From contig OZ251518.1 in the NCBI GenBank assembly GCA_965242965.1, positions 3,296,001 through 3,360,000 on the forward strand: a stretch of DNA of 64,000 nt. Reading direction: 5' to 3'. Positions 52,754 to 62,460 of this stretch are shown piece by piece. Numbering within the stretch: position 1 is the stretch's first letter; each line of letters begins with the position of its first letter. The stretch is from Candidatus Poribacteria bacterium. Lineage in GTDB: Bacteria > Poribacteria > WGA-4E > WGA-3G. The notes under the pieces are model-generated. The model did not search any database and was not told the origin of the DNA. It was given only the letters and a program-made list of their open reading frames with translations. The translations under genes and the position numbers were made by a program.

Positions 52754-53191
52754 ATGGTACTGAAAACGAAAACCTATTTTCCAAAGGCGGATAAAGAGAT
52801 CCAATGGTATGTGGTGGATGCAGAGGGACAGGTGCTTGGCAGGTTGGCATCGCGCATTGCACAGGTGCTGCGCGGGAAGCATCACCCGCGGTTTACACCG
52901 CACGCTGATCTCGGCTTTCGCGTCGCGGTGATTAACGCCGAGAAGGTTGTTGTCACAGGAGATAAACCCGCGCAGAAAACCTATTTCCGATACAGCGGTT
53001 ACCCCGGCGGCGACAAATACCGCACCTTTGCGGAACAGATGGCGGTGAAACCTGAATTCATTCTTATGAACGCTGTCAAAGGGATGCTGCCAAAGAATCG
53101 CCTCGGACAGCAACTGCTGAAGGGCCTGAAGGTTTACGCGGGCCCGAATCATCCGCATCAAGCACAGGCACCCGAAGCATTACCGCTTTAA
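52754..53191 (+). CDS. rplM: 50S ribosomal protein L13
   Basis: WYVVDAEGQVLGRLAS, LRGKH, YSGYPGG, GMLPKNRLG, HPHQAQ. Confidence 0.97.
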   Translation: MVLKTKTYFPKADKEIQWYVVDAEGQVLGRLASRIAQVLRGKHHPRFTPHADLGFRVAVINAEKVVVTGDKPAQKTYFRYSGYPGGDKYRTFAEQMAVKPEFILMNAVKGMLPKNRLGQQLLKGLKVYAGPNHPHQAQAPEALPL

Positions 53192-53290
53192 CGGAAAACC
53201 TTGCGCGCTTGAAAACCGCGCCTACCGGGCTTGCATCGCGCTACACCGGCGGCACGTTTTGGAAACGCGCACGATAAGTGAGGAACCAGC

Positions 53291-53689
53291 ATGGCAACGA
53301 TTGAACAATACTGGGGAACCGGGCGGAGGAAGACAGCAGTCGCGCGCGTCCGAGTCATCCCCGGTGCAGGCGGCGACGTGCTCGTCAACAAGAAGCCCAT
53401 CTCGGAATATTTTGACCGCGCTGACCACGCGATAGTCGCTCAGCAGCCGATTACGCACGTCGAAAAAGTCGGCGAGTATGCCATTCGCGTCAACGTCAAA
53501 GGCGGCGGCAACACCGGGCAAGCCGGTGCGATTTCACACGGCCTCGCCCGCGCCCTCGTCAAAGCCGATGAATCCCTGAAACCCGCATTGAAACAGGGCG
53601 GCTTTTTGACACGCGACCCGAGAATGGTGGAACGCAAGAAATACGGGCAGAAAGGCGCGCGCGCCCGGTACCAGTTCTCAAAACGTTAG
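53291..53689 (+). CDS. rpsI: 30S ribosomal protein S9
   Basis: GTGRRKTAVARV, GGGNTGQAGA, RDPRMVERKKYG, QFSKR. Confidence 0.98.
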   Translation: MATIEQYWGTGRRKTAVARVRVIPGAGGDVLVNKKPISEYFDRADHAIVAQQPITHVEKVGEYAIRVNVKGGGNTGQAGAISHGLARALVKADESLKPALKQGGFLTRDPRMVERKKYGQKGARARYQFSKR

Positions 53690-53814
53690 GAAGGACAGCA
53701 CGGACACGAGACGTTCTCACACCGGCGGCGCGATTGCAAACCGCGCCTACCGGCAGAATACGGATGTTGTGTCCACCGGTTGGCATCAAGTGCCAGCCCG
53801 AAAAAAGGATGCGT

Positions 53815-55107
53815 ATGTCAAACCTTGTCATTTTAGGTGCGCAGTGGGGCGATGAGAGTAAGGGGAAACTCACCGATGTCTTCGCGGAAAACGCCGACAT
53901 TGTCGCACGCTATCAGGGCGGCGATAACGCCGGCCATACCATCGTCCTCGGCGATAAAACTTTTATCCTCCATCTCATTCCCTCCGGTATCCTCCGGTCC
54001 GAAACCGTCAACGTCATCGGCAACGGCGTTGTCGTGAATCTGGAGACGCTTTTCGGCGAAATCGACCGGTTGCAGGCGCAAGGCATCGCTGTCAGCAGCG
54101 AAAACCTAAAAATCAGCGACCGGGCGCATCTCATCTTGCCTTATCATAAGGCAGTTGAACACTGGGAGCAGATGGGCAGCGGCACGAAAATCGGCACTAC
54201 CGCCCGCGGCATCGGGCCGACTTACGCCGATAAGATGAACCGACACGCCGGCATCCGCGTCGCTGATCTGCTGGAGTTTGACCATTTTCGGAAGAAACTG
54301 GACTATAATCTGGACACAAAAGCGGAGGCACTCCAAATCGGTGGCGTGGATGCGCACCGCCTGCTTGAAACTTACCGTGGTTACGCCGAACGCCTCGCGC
54401 CTTATGTGACAGATACCGTCGCCTTCATGCACGACGCGCTCGCGGCGGAAAAACGCATTCTCCTTGAAGGCGCGCAGGGAACGATGCTAGACATTGACTT
54501 CGGCACCTATCCTTACGTCACATCGTCAAACTGCACAGCCGGCGCAGTCTCCACCGGACTCGGCATTGGGCCGAAGGCGATTGACGAGGTGATGGGCGTT
54601 TCAAAGGCGTATGTCACGCGCGTCGGCGGCGGGCCGTTTCCAACCGAAATGGAACCGGATTTAGATGAAAAGATTCGGGACATCGGTAAGGAATACGGGG
54701 CGACAACACAGCGGCCCAGACGCTGCGGCTGGCTGGATCTGGTTGCACTCCGTTATGCAACGCGCATTAATGGGTTCACTTCCATTGCAATGACGAAATT
54801 GGACGTATTTGACACGCTTGAGGAACTCCAGGTCTGCGTCGCCTATCGCTATCAAGGGAAGGAGATAACGACTTTTCCGAGTAGCCTGCAGGTACTGGAA
54901 CAGTGCGAACCTGTCTATGAGACGTTGCCCGGGTGGCAGCAGCCGCTCACTGAGGCACGCTCGCCGGAAGAAATTCCATCGCGCACAAAAGACTATGTCG
55001 CTTACGCGGCGGCGTATCTCAACGTCCCAATTCCGATTATCTCCGTCGGCCCGGACAGAGAGCAGATTGTGACTTTGGATGCATCGCACGTCGATTTCCT
55101 TCGGTAG
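53815..55107 (+). CDS. purA: Adenylosuccinate synthetase
   Basis: GAQWGDESKGK, GGDNAGHT, EGAQG, GTYPYVTSS, GATTQRPRRCGW. Confidence 0.97.
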   Translation: MSNLVILGAQWGDESKGKLTDVFAENADIVARYQGGDNAGHTIVLGDKTFILHLIPSGILRSETVNVIGNGVVVNLETLFGEIDRLQAQGIAVSSENLKISDRAHLILPYHKAVEHWEQMGSGTKIGTTARGIGPTYADKMNRHAGIRVADLLEFDHFRKKLDYNLDTKAEALQIGGVDAHRLLETYRGYAERLAPYVTDTVAFMHDALAAEKRILLEGAQGTMLDIDFGTYPYVTSSNCTAGAVSTGLGIGPKAIDEVMGVSKAYVTRVGGGPFPTEMEPDLDEKIRDIGKEYGATTQRPRRCGWLDLVALRYATRINGFTSIAMTKLDVFDTLEELQVCVAYRYQGKEITTFPSSLQVLEQCEPVYETLPGWQQPLTEARSPEEIPSRTKDYVAYAAAYLNVPIPIISVGPDREQIVTLDASHVDFLR

Positions 55108-55270
55108 GAGAGACATCCTTGTCTCGACTCCCCCTGGTAGGAGAGACATCCTTGTCTCGACTTCCCCGGTAGGAGAGCCCTCCCGCGTCTCGATTTCTGC
55201 ACTCCCGGGCGCGATTACGGCGATTAACATCAAAAAAATGTGAAAAAATGAATTTTTTTTACATTTTAAT

Positions 55271-55299
55271 TTGACATCTGCCAAATTTTGTGGTATAAT
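55271..55299 (+). promoter_or_regulatory. Sigma70 promoter of the tRNA pair
   Basis: TTGACA-N17-TATAAT with an AT-rich upstream element. Confidence 0.8.
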
Positions 55300-55320
55300 T
55301 AAAACGTATTGTCAAAAGAT

Positions 55321-55396
55321 GAGCCGTTAGCTCAGCAGGTAGAGCATCTGACTTTTAATCAGGTGGTCACAGGTTCGATCCCTGTACGGCTCACCA
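55321..55396 (+). tRNA. tRNA-Lys (anticodon TTT)
   Basis: Cloverleaf: GAGCCGT/ACGGCTC acceptor, CTTTTAA loop, GGTTCGATCC, encoded CCA. Confidence 0.97.
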
Positions 55397-55399
55397 TTT

Positions 55400-55474
55400 G
55401 CCCCCGTCGTCTAGCCTGGCCAAGGACACCGCCCTTTCACGGCGGCGACACGAGTTCAAATCTCGTCGGGGGTA
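55400..55474 (+). tRNA. tRNA-Glu (anticodon TTC)
   Basis: GCCCCCG/CGGGGGT acceptor, CCGCC-CTTTCAC-GGCGG arm, GTTCAAAT; CCA not encoded. Confidence 0.95.
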
Positions 55475-55617
55475 TCCCACACTTGCAGATTCTCTCATGG
55501 TTTTCTCCTGAAGCAGTCAAGCCTCGATAGACATCGGGGCTTGACTGTTTTTGCGTGCTCGTGTAAAAACCGTTTCATGCTATAATCCCCATAAACCGTC
55601 TCAAGGAGAGTCAAAAT

Positions 55618-55913
55618 GAGGGTGTTTCATAAATCGCTCAACGTCGCGGGGACAGGCCCCGCGCTACAGTGGAAAAAACGCCTCACCTTCACGTAGGGCG
55701 AGGGCCCTCGGATGCCACACGCGCATCCGAGCGGGTTTCCCTCGCCATGCGTTTGGCTGGCAGAGCGCATCACTCCTGTAGGTCAAGATCGCCTGATCTT
55801 GACCCGTTCGGGAGCGGGCGCTCCCGAACTACAGAGGTGGGCCCGATGCCTGCCGGTATTCGCCCGCCCTCCAAGGCGAGATAACTACCGAAACGGAGTT
55901 ATGAAACACCCTC
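55618..55913. mobile_element. MITE-like element with a perfect 9 bp target-site duplication
   Basis: AGTCAAAAT at 55609-55617 and 55914-55922. Confidence 0.88.
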
Positions 55914-55922
55914 AGTCAAAAT

Positions 55923-57476
55923 ATGCCGATGCAGCGTTCGCTTTTGTCGCTCCTATGCCTATGCGCCATCTTCGCGCCCATTTTCACCCTTTATCCGGAG
56001 CCGCCAGTCGCGTCGCTTCACGGCACGTTCGTTGATGCCGAAAACCGGCAGCCCATCGCTGGGATCCTCGTGCGCGTCGCATCAGAGAAGCGCGATAGCG
56101 TCTATCCCGATAGGGACTTCGCGCGCGAGACAGAGACAGCTGCAGACGGCACTTTTTCTCTCACCACACCGAACGATGCCCAAAACTATTACGCCTTCTC
56201 CATCATGGCACTCCATTCCCGCTATCAGGCGCGGCTGTGGCGGTTTGAGATGTCTCCCGACAAAAATCGGTATGACTTGGGTGAAATGACGATGAGAAAG
56301 GTGCTGACGTTGCAGGGCAGCGTTGTCGGTGCTTCGCAACCGCGCCGGGGATGCGTCGTTCGTTTAAAAATGCACGCGAAATCAGCGGAATTCTTCCGTG
56401 CCGCCGCGCAACCCGAACTCACAACGGAAACCGATACCCAAGGCAACTTCGTCTTCACAGAACTCTACCAGATCGAATATACCTTGACAATTTCTGAAAA
56501 TAACGTTATCATAGGGTATATAGAGTCGGTTTATCCGCAAAACAGAGAACGGCTCACGGTGCAGTTGCCGAAGTTGGAGACGTTACACGGCACGGTTGTC
56601 GATGCGCAAGGGCATCCGCTCCCAGAAGCACAACTTTACGCGATGCGGCTCAGCGAAACACCGCACGGACACGGTGCCCTTCTCGCTGTCACCGAAACCG
56701 ATGCCAACGGCAAGTTTCAGATGGAAGTGCTTGAAACTGCACCGAATCTGCTCAGCGTGGAGATAGGCAAAAAAGGCTATTTTACCACCGGCTATGAAAA
56801 CGTTGATATTGGCGAGAAACCGCTTCTTGTCACGCTTGAAAAAGGGGTGACGCTTACGGGAAGTGTGATTTTGCCAGCCAATGTCGCCAGTGATGGACAC
56901 TACGCGGTTAAGATATTTCCGGCGGACATCCCGCTTCAGCCGACGCTGCATCCGATGGCGTTACTGACACCGCTCCTTACCAAGCGGTTTCCCGTAACCG
57001 AAACGACATTCACGATAGAGGGACTCTTTGCGGAAAAATACGCCGTATATGTCGTCGGTGATGGCATCGCAGCTGCAAGTGTAGAGGTGGATGCCGCCGC
57101 CGATACAACCGCTCTCCTCACAGCCAATGCGCCGACGAAGAGACTGCAGGGATATGTCTATTGGGCAGATACGGGTGAACCGGTGCGCAACGCGCTCATC
57201 ACGCGTTCATGGTATCCGTGGGAACTGGATACCTACGATATGTCCATGACGCTGGAGCGGTTTGAAACCGAAACCGATGCTCAGGGACAATTTCAATTTG
57301 AAAACGTGACGGAGGGGCATTATCAGCTGCGCATCCGGGCAGTCAACGCCGCGCGAGACGAAACAACTGGCAGTTATCAACGGATGCTGATTCAGAAACT
57401 GGTTGATATTCCTGCCTGCGGGAACATCTATCACATTTATGTCGGAAGAAAAGATGGCATTCCTGTTAATCCGTAG
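55923..57476 (+). CDS. Secreted protein with carboxypeptidase-regulatory-like (beta-sandwich) repeats
   Basis: Repeated GTVVDA.G.P and ETD..G.F motifs. Confidence 0.8.
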   Translation: MPMQRSLLSLLCLCAIFAPIFTLYPEPPVASLHGTFVDAENRQPIAGILVRVASEKRDSVYPDRDFARETETAADGTFSLTTPNDAQNYYAFSIMALHSRYQARLWRFEMSPDKNRYDLGEMTMRKVLTLQGSVVGASQPRRGCVVRLKMHAKSAEFFRAAAQPELTTETDTQGNFVFTELYQIEYTLTISENNVIIGYIESVYPQNRERLTVQLPKLETLHGTVVDAQGHPLPEAQLYAMRLSETPHGHGALLAVTETDANGKFQMEVLETAPNLLSVEIGKKGYFTTGYENVDIGEKPLLVTLEKGVTLTGSVILPANVASDGHYAVKIFPADIPLQPTLHPMALLTPLLTKRFPVTETTFTIEGLFAEKYAVYVVGDGIAAASVEVDAAADTTALLTANAPTKRLQGYVYWADTGEPVRNALITRSWYPWELDTYDMSMTLERFETETDAQGQFQFENVTEGHYQLRIRAVNAARDETTGSYQRMLIQKLVDIPACGNIYHIYVGRKDGIPVNP

Positions 57477-57587
57477 GAGAAACCGCCTGTTAACCCGTAG
57501 GAGAGACCTCCTGGTCTCGACAAACACCGGTAGGAGAGACCTCCCGGTCTCGATGCTTCATATCGCGATACGGAGACAAAAAGAACC

Positions 57588-58262
57588 ATGAGACTGTTTA
57601 TCGGCTTCTGCATCGCCGCTATCTTCATAGCCGCCACCTTCGCGGCGGCCTGGCACGATGACTTTACCGCGCCTGGCGAAAAAGAGGGTGCGTGGCAACA
57701 AGAAGGCAACGAATCCGCTTGGACGTTTGAAAACGGCGTGTTAAAGGCAGAGACGCGTCCCCAAAAATTGTTCGGCACGCTGGTGGAGCATCTGCGCTTC
57801 GCCGCGATTTCCGCGCCTTACGAGGAATTCACCGTCATCCTCCACAATGCTGGCGCGGAACATGCACACTTCGGCATCGCGCTCGCGAAACACTTTGGAA
57901 ACGACGAAACGGAAGATACGGGGTATTATCTCTTTTTTACCAATGACATGCGCGTCTCCCGAAACGGAAAAGTGCTAGTCGGCGATGGAAACCGTTGGAA
58001 CTCCGATGAACTTGAACAGCTGGAAGTGCGGTTTCATGCCGGGCGGTTTCAACTGTTCGGCGATGGTGAAGCGCGCCTTGATTTCAAAGATGCCAACTTC
58101 GATAGGATTGACAGCATCAGCCTTGTCCTCGCCAGTTTTGTCCAAGACGATGGCAAAATCGGAAAAGCATGGGCAGATGCATTTACGTTTTCTAGTCCTG
58201 CACTAGACGTGTCTTCCAAAGGAAAATTAGCGATGACATGGGGCTCCCTCAAGCGTCAGTAA
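57588..58262 (+). CDS. Secreted protein with C-terminal VSSKGKLAMTWGSLK tail
   Basis: Signal peptide, WHDDF start; paralog of 60457 and 61193. Confidence 0.8.
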   Translation: MRLFIGFCIAAIFIAATFAAAWHDDFTAPGEKEGAWQQEGNESAWTFENGVLKAETRPQKLFGTLVEHLRFAAISAPYEEFTVILHNAGAEHAHFGIALAKHFGNDETEDTGYYLFFTNDMRVSRNGKVLVGDGNRWNSDELEQLEVRFHAGRFQLFGDGEARLDFKDANFDRIDSISLVLASFVQDDGKIGKAWADAFTFSSPALDVSSKGKLAMTWGSLKRQ

Positions 58263-58276
58263 CGGAGGAGAGGAAA

Positions 58277-58594
58277 ATGAACCCAGAAGAATTGCGCAAA
58301 CTCATTGCCGATGAGATTGGCAAAGCTGTCAAAGCGGAAGTCGCTGAAGCACTCAAACCTATTGAAGTCGCGATAACCGAAGTGAAAATCGAACAAACGC
58401 GGCTCAACGCCATTTTCGAGATGCACATCGCCCACACCGCCGAACGCAAGGCGGATGCAGAAACAGCCAAAGCACAGCAAAAGGCAGAGACTACAGAACG
58501 GTGGAAGATTGCCGCCATTCTCTCTGCTATCGGGTTTAGTGTCATCTTGCTCCTCAATCAGATTTTCGGTTGGTTCGGCAAGCACGGCAACTGA
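58277..58594 (+). CDS. Small coiled-coil protein with C-terminal TM helix
   Basis: GGAGGAG RBS; heptad-like region, then a hydrophobic tail. Confidence 0.7.
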   Translation: MNPEELRKLIADEIGKAVKAEVAEALKPIEVAITEVKIEQTRLNAIFEMHIAHTAERKADAETAKAQQKAETTERWKIAAILSAIGFSVILLLNQIFGWFGKHGN

Positions 58595-58598
58595 AACT

Positions 58599-58854
58599 GA
58601 GGGGATTTCATAAATCGTCCAACGTCGCGGTGACAGGTCTCGCGCTACGGTAAAAAAACGCAGCTCCTTCACGTAGGGCGTGGGCCCTCGCATGCCACAC
58701 GCGCATGCGAGCGGGTTTCCCTCGCCATCGCTCGCGCGCCAGGCCTGTAGGTCAAGATCGCCTAATCTTGACCCGTTCGGGATCGGGCGATCCCGAACTA
58801 CAGAGGTGGGCCCGATGCGCTTCCCCTCAAGGGATAAATTTATGAAACCCCCTC
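58599..58854. mobile_element. MITE-like element with an imperfect 10 bp target-site duplication
   Basis: GAGGGGATTTCATAA ... TTATGAAACCCCCTC flanked by AACTGAAACT / AACTAAAACT. Confidence 0.8.
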
Positions 58855-58893
58855 AACTAAAACTGCCTCGACACACGGACAAGAGAAAGACTC

Positions 58894-59643
58894 ATGCGAA
58901 AAATTTACACATACCAAGACATCTTGTTTGCAGCACTCTTACCTGCAGTCATCCTTGGGATAGCGTTGTGGAATACCCACGCGCGCGCCCGCCTCAATCA
59001 GGGTGAAACGGCAGAACCTCGTGATGCAGGTGCATACTATCGAACGCCAGGGCGAAATGGACAATGGTTCGGCCCCGAAGTCAATTCCCTCACGCTGTGT
59101 CCCGGTGTCCATAACCCCTATAACAACCGTGGGTTTTTTGATATTCCCGAGATAATAGAACGCGCAGAGGTGGCACCGTCTCGCATCCGCGGCGCGTTAT
59201 ATTGGCATCGCGCACAGCGGTGGTATTTCGCCACCGACCGGACACCGTGGGGCACTAACTACGCTTATATCACACTCCGCGATGACCTGGGATGGAGTGA
59301 AATCAACGCAGGGAGCGGCACAACGGGATACCCGTGGAGCGGCGTGGAGAGACACTGGCGCGATGGCCGGATTATCCGCGCGCAGGCAACTGTCACCGGC
59401 TGGCGACGGTATGCCCGCGGGCAGGAACGCTGGATTTGCCCGATGTATTACAAAATCGGCGGATGGGAAGACGAAAGCATTGAGGTGCATTGCAAAACCT
59501 TGAAAACGTGGTTTCCACCCGATTGGGATGTCCTGAAACAGAAAGATGGCGACTTCGGGCCGCCGATGGAACGCAAACCCGGCGTGCTCAGCCGCAGAGG
59601 AAAAAAGACGAAGCGGTGGTATGATTGCATCAAAATTAACTGA
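58894..59643 (+). CDS. Hypothetical protein with N-terminal membrane anchor, Trp/Arg-rich
   Basis: 249 aa ORF between repeat clusters. Confidence 0.65.
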   Translation: MRKIYTYQDILFAALLPAVILGIALWNTHARARLNQGETAEPRDAGAYYRTPGRNGQWFGPEVNSLTLCPGVHNPYNNRGFFDIPEIIERAEVAPSRIRGALYWHRAQRWYFATDRTPWGTNYAYITLRDDLGWSEINAGSGTTGYPWSGVERHWRDGRIIRAQATVTGWRRYARGQERWICPMYYKIGGWEDESIEVHCKTLKTWFPPDWDVLKQKDGDFGPPMERKPGVLSRRGKKTKRWYDCIKIN

Positions 59644-59649
59644 TTTTCC

Positions 59650-60410
59650 CCGGTAGGAGAGACCTCCCGGTCTCGATTTTTCCGTAGCGCGGGGCCCTCG
59701 GATGCCATACGCGCATCCGAGCGGGTTTCCCCCGAGATCTCCATCGTCAAGAGGTGGCGTTTTAGCTCCTACTCCCCTCTCTGTAGTTTGTGCTCGCCTG
59801 ATCGCAAACGAGTCAGATCGCTTAGTCTCTGGGCTGCGGGGGTTTTTCGCCGAGGTCGGTAGATCGCGGGGGACAGGCCCCCGCGCTACGGTAACAAATA
59901 AGAAATCGGCCCCGTTCACCGTAGGGCGAGGGACAGGCCCTCGCTATGCCTAAGGTCCTTTAAGTCCTTAATGTCTATAGATGAGCGGGATGAACAGCAT
60001 CCTAAGGTCCTTTAGGTCCTTAATATGATTTTTCACGTTTTGTCTCCCGCACATTAAGGTCCTAACGGACCTTGAAAAGTTTGGCAGACCGGGGTTGCTA
60101 TAGACATGCAGGTCTTAAAAGACCTGAAGAGGTCTCCATTGCAAAAGGAATGCTCGTTGCGCAGGAGATAATCCTGTAAATCGTGTGAATCTTGTGAATC
60201 CTGCTAATGATTTGCCTCGCCAAGAGGTTCCTAATCTTGGAAATCTTGGAAATCTTGGAAATCCTGCTTCAGACAACTAAGATCGCGGGGGACAGGCCCC
60301 CGCGCTACGTCATAAGCAGCGGTTTTTGATGCACCGGGGGACAGGCCCCCGCGCTACGAACTACGGACATTTGAGGCATCGAGACCAGGAGGTCTCTCCT
60401 ATCGGGGACA
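59650..60410. repeat. Mixed repeat cluster
   Basis: GTAG hairpins, AGGTCC..GGACCT palindromes, AATCTTGGA tandem. Confidence 0.85.
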
Positions 60411-60456
60411 TCGCTGGCATCAAGACAGGGACAGCGCACCAGGAAAGAAGACTACC

Positions 60457-61161
60457 ATGAAAAAGATGATTCTTGTCTCCCTTTATACGATTATCTGCCT
60501 ATCCATCTCACCCACTTTTGCCGAGGTGTGGCACGACGATTTTGAGGTAGAAAACCCTGAAGCGTGGAAAATCGTCGGGAATCCCAACATCTGGAAAATC
60601 GCCGATGGGTTCCTCCGCGCTGAAGTCAAACGCGAATGGGAGTTGGACTACGAACTCTATCGATTTCAGGCACTCCCCGCGCCCTATACGCATTTCACCG
60701 TGACGCTTAACGACTTCGGTGGTGACAGAACGCGATTCGGGTTCGCCCTCGGCAAAAGTTTCCCTGATACGCCCGAAGATGACGCGTTTTTCTACGTCTT
60801 TTTCACGGATGAAATCCGAGCGAGGCGATTTAATGGCAAGGGGAGCAGTCATCCGTTTCGGCTGCGCGTCTCCAGAGAACCGCGAACGCGCTGGGATACG
60901 GAGGCACTGACGCAATTGGAATTGCATTTTCGCGTCGGGCATTTTGAGGTGTATGCCGATGGCGTATTCCGCGCCGAATTCCGAGATGCCAATTTTGACA
61001 AAATCGAGACGCTCGGTTTCGTCATGGAAGGCATTAACGTCGCGAACGAATGGGAAGGCACGGCGTGGGTGGATGCGTTTACCATTTCCGGTCCGACGCT
61101 TGCCGTTTCGCCCAAAGCCAAATTGGCGACGACTTGGGGAAGTCTCAAAACAGGAAAATAA
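60457..61161 (+). CDS. Secreted protein with C-terminal VSPKAKLATTWGSLK tail
   Basis: Signal peptide; paralog family. Confidence 0.8.
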   Translation: MKKMILVSLYTIICLSISPTFAEVWHDDFEVENPEAWKIVGNPNIWKIADGFLRAEVKREWELDYELYRFQALPAPYTHFTVTLNDFGGDRTRFGFALGKSFPDTPEDDAFFYVFFTDEIRARRFNGKGSSHPFRLRVSREPRTRWDTEALTQLELHFRVGHFEVYADGVFRAEFRDANFDKIETLGFVMEGINVANEWEGTAWVDAFTISGPTLAVSPKAKLATTWGSLKTGK

Positions 61162-61192
61162 ACCCCAACTTTTCAAAGGAGACTGCTGAATC

Positions 61193-61969
61193 GTGAAACC
61201 TATCGTCAACGTTTTGAGACTGGCAGCACTCGTTTCTCTCGTTATTGGGATGGGGGCTGTGCTGGCGGAAGCAGGAACCTGGCGCGACACTTTCCAGACT
61301 CCCAAAAAAGACGACTGGGAACTCTGGGGCGAAGATTCCACATGGAATGTGCAGGATGGATTTTTGAGGACAGAGATTCAGACGCAAGATACGGCGCGAT
61401 ATGAACTGCTCCAATTCAAGGCACTTCCAGGCCCCTATGGACACTTTGAAACCACCTTCAACAACCGCCTCATCAATAGATGGGTAAAAAGGCCAGGGTA
61501 TGAAGACTTCGTCATTACCGTTGAAGACCTTGGGAGTGAAGCGGCGAGTTTCGGTATCGCCTTGGGAAAACTGTTTCCAGAAGTGCGGCCGGATAAGCCG
61601 TTTTTCTATCTCTTTTTTACCGAAGTGATAGAAGCCCGTATTTTTAACGGTGGTGGGGGTATTCTTCCATTTCGGCGGCGGATACCGCGGCACCCAGGCA
61701 CCTTTTGGAATACTTGGGCACTCAAAAAGATGGAAATCCGTTTTCATGCAGGCCACTTTTTGATGCACGCCAATGGTGAGTTACGCGCCGATTTCCATGA
61801 CCCGGGGTTTTCCCCGATTGAGATTATCGGTTTTGTCATCGTCGGCTCGGAAAACGCCGTGGGCACTGCATGGGCAGATGCATTCACGATTACCGGCCCC
61901 GCGCTGGACGTGTCACCTAACGCCAAATTAGCAACAACCTGGGGGACACTCAAGAAACGGAGGAAATAA
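61193..61969 (+). CDS. Secreted protein with C-terminal VSPNAKLATTWGTLK tail
   Basis: AAGGAG RBS, signal peptide; paralog family. Confidence 0.8.
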   Translation: MKPIVNVLRLAALVSLVIGMGAVLAEAGTWRDTFQTPKKDDWELWGEDSTWNVQDGFLRTEIQTQDTARYELLQFKALPGPYGHFETTFNNRLINRWVKRPGYEDFVITVEDLGSEAASFGIALGKLFPEVRPDKPFFYLFFTEVIEARIFNGGGGILPFRRRIPRHPGTFWNTWALKKMEIRFHAGHFLMHANGELRADFHDPGFSPIEIIGFVIVGSENAVGTAWADAFTITGPALDVSPNAKLATTWGTLKKRRK

Positions 61970-62448
61970 TGAAAATCTTTAGCGAATCACTCATCATCAC
62001 GTTTTGCATAGGTATCGGTGCCCTGGCACTCTGGTGCACAGATCTTGCGGGAATACTTCCTGACAACGCTGTCAGCCAACGCGGCACGCCGTCCATAGTG
62101 CTTGAATTGCCGGAGGTGCACCAGGTCTGGCAGCGAGGCGAAGCCGTTTTTGTAGATGCCCGCGCCGCCAAATACTTCAAACTGGGACACATCCCCGGGG
62201 CAGTGAATGTCCCTGTCAACCGCGTTACGGAAACGTTGTCCGTATTGCCAACGAACAAGGACGCGTATCTGATTACCTACTGCGGGAGCATCAGCTGCCC
62301 GATTGCATATATCCTGCGGGAATTCCTGTTGGAAGAGGGATACCGAAACGTCCAAGTTTTTCCGAGCGGCATTCTCGGATGGGAAAGCGCGGGCTATCCG
62401 CTGGAGAAGGCAGATGTGGCACAGCCGGATTCCCACAGAAATGACTAG
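61969..62448 (+). CDS. Rhodanese-like domain protein with N-terminal anchor
   Basis: FVDAR..GHIPGAVNVP, ITYC, GW...GYP. Confidence 0.9.
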   Translation: MKIFSESLIITFCIGIGALALWCTDLAGILPDNAVSQRGTPSIVLELPEVHQVWQRGEAVFVDARAAKYFKLGHIPGAVNVPVNRVTETLSVLPTNKDAYLITYCGSISCPIAYILREFLLEEGYRNVQVFPSGILGWESAGYPLEKADVAQPDSHRND

Positions 62449-62460
62449 GGACACTGAAAA

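Noticed and set aside
55321-55620. tRNA pair as an integration site for an island or prophage
   Set aside because: No integrase and no duplicated tRNA 3' end seen in the window.
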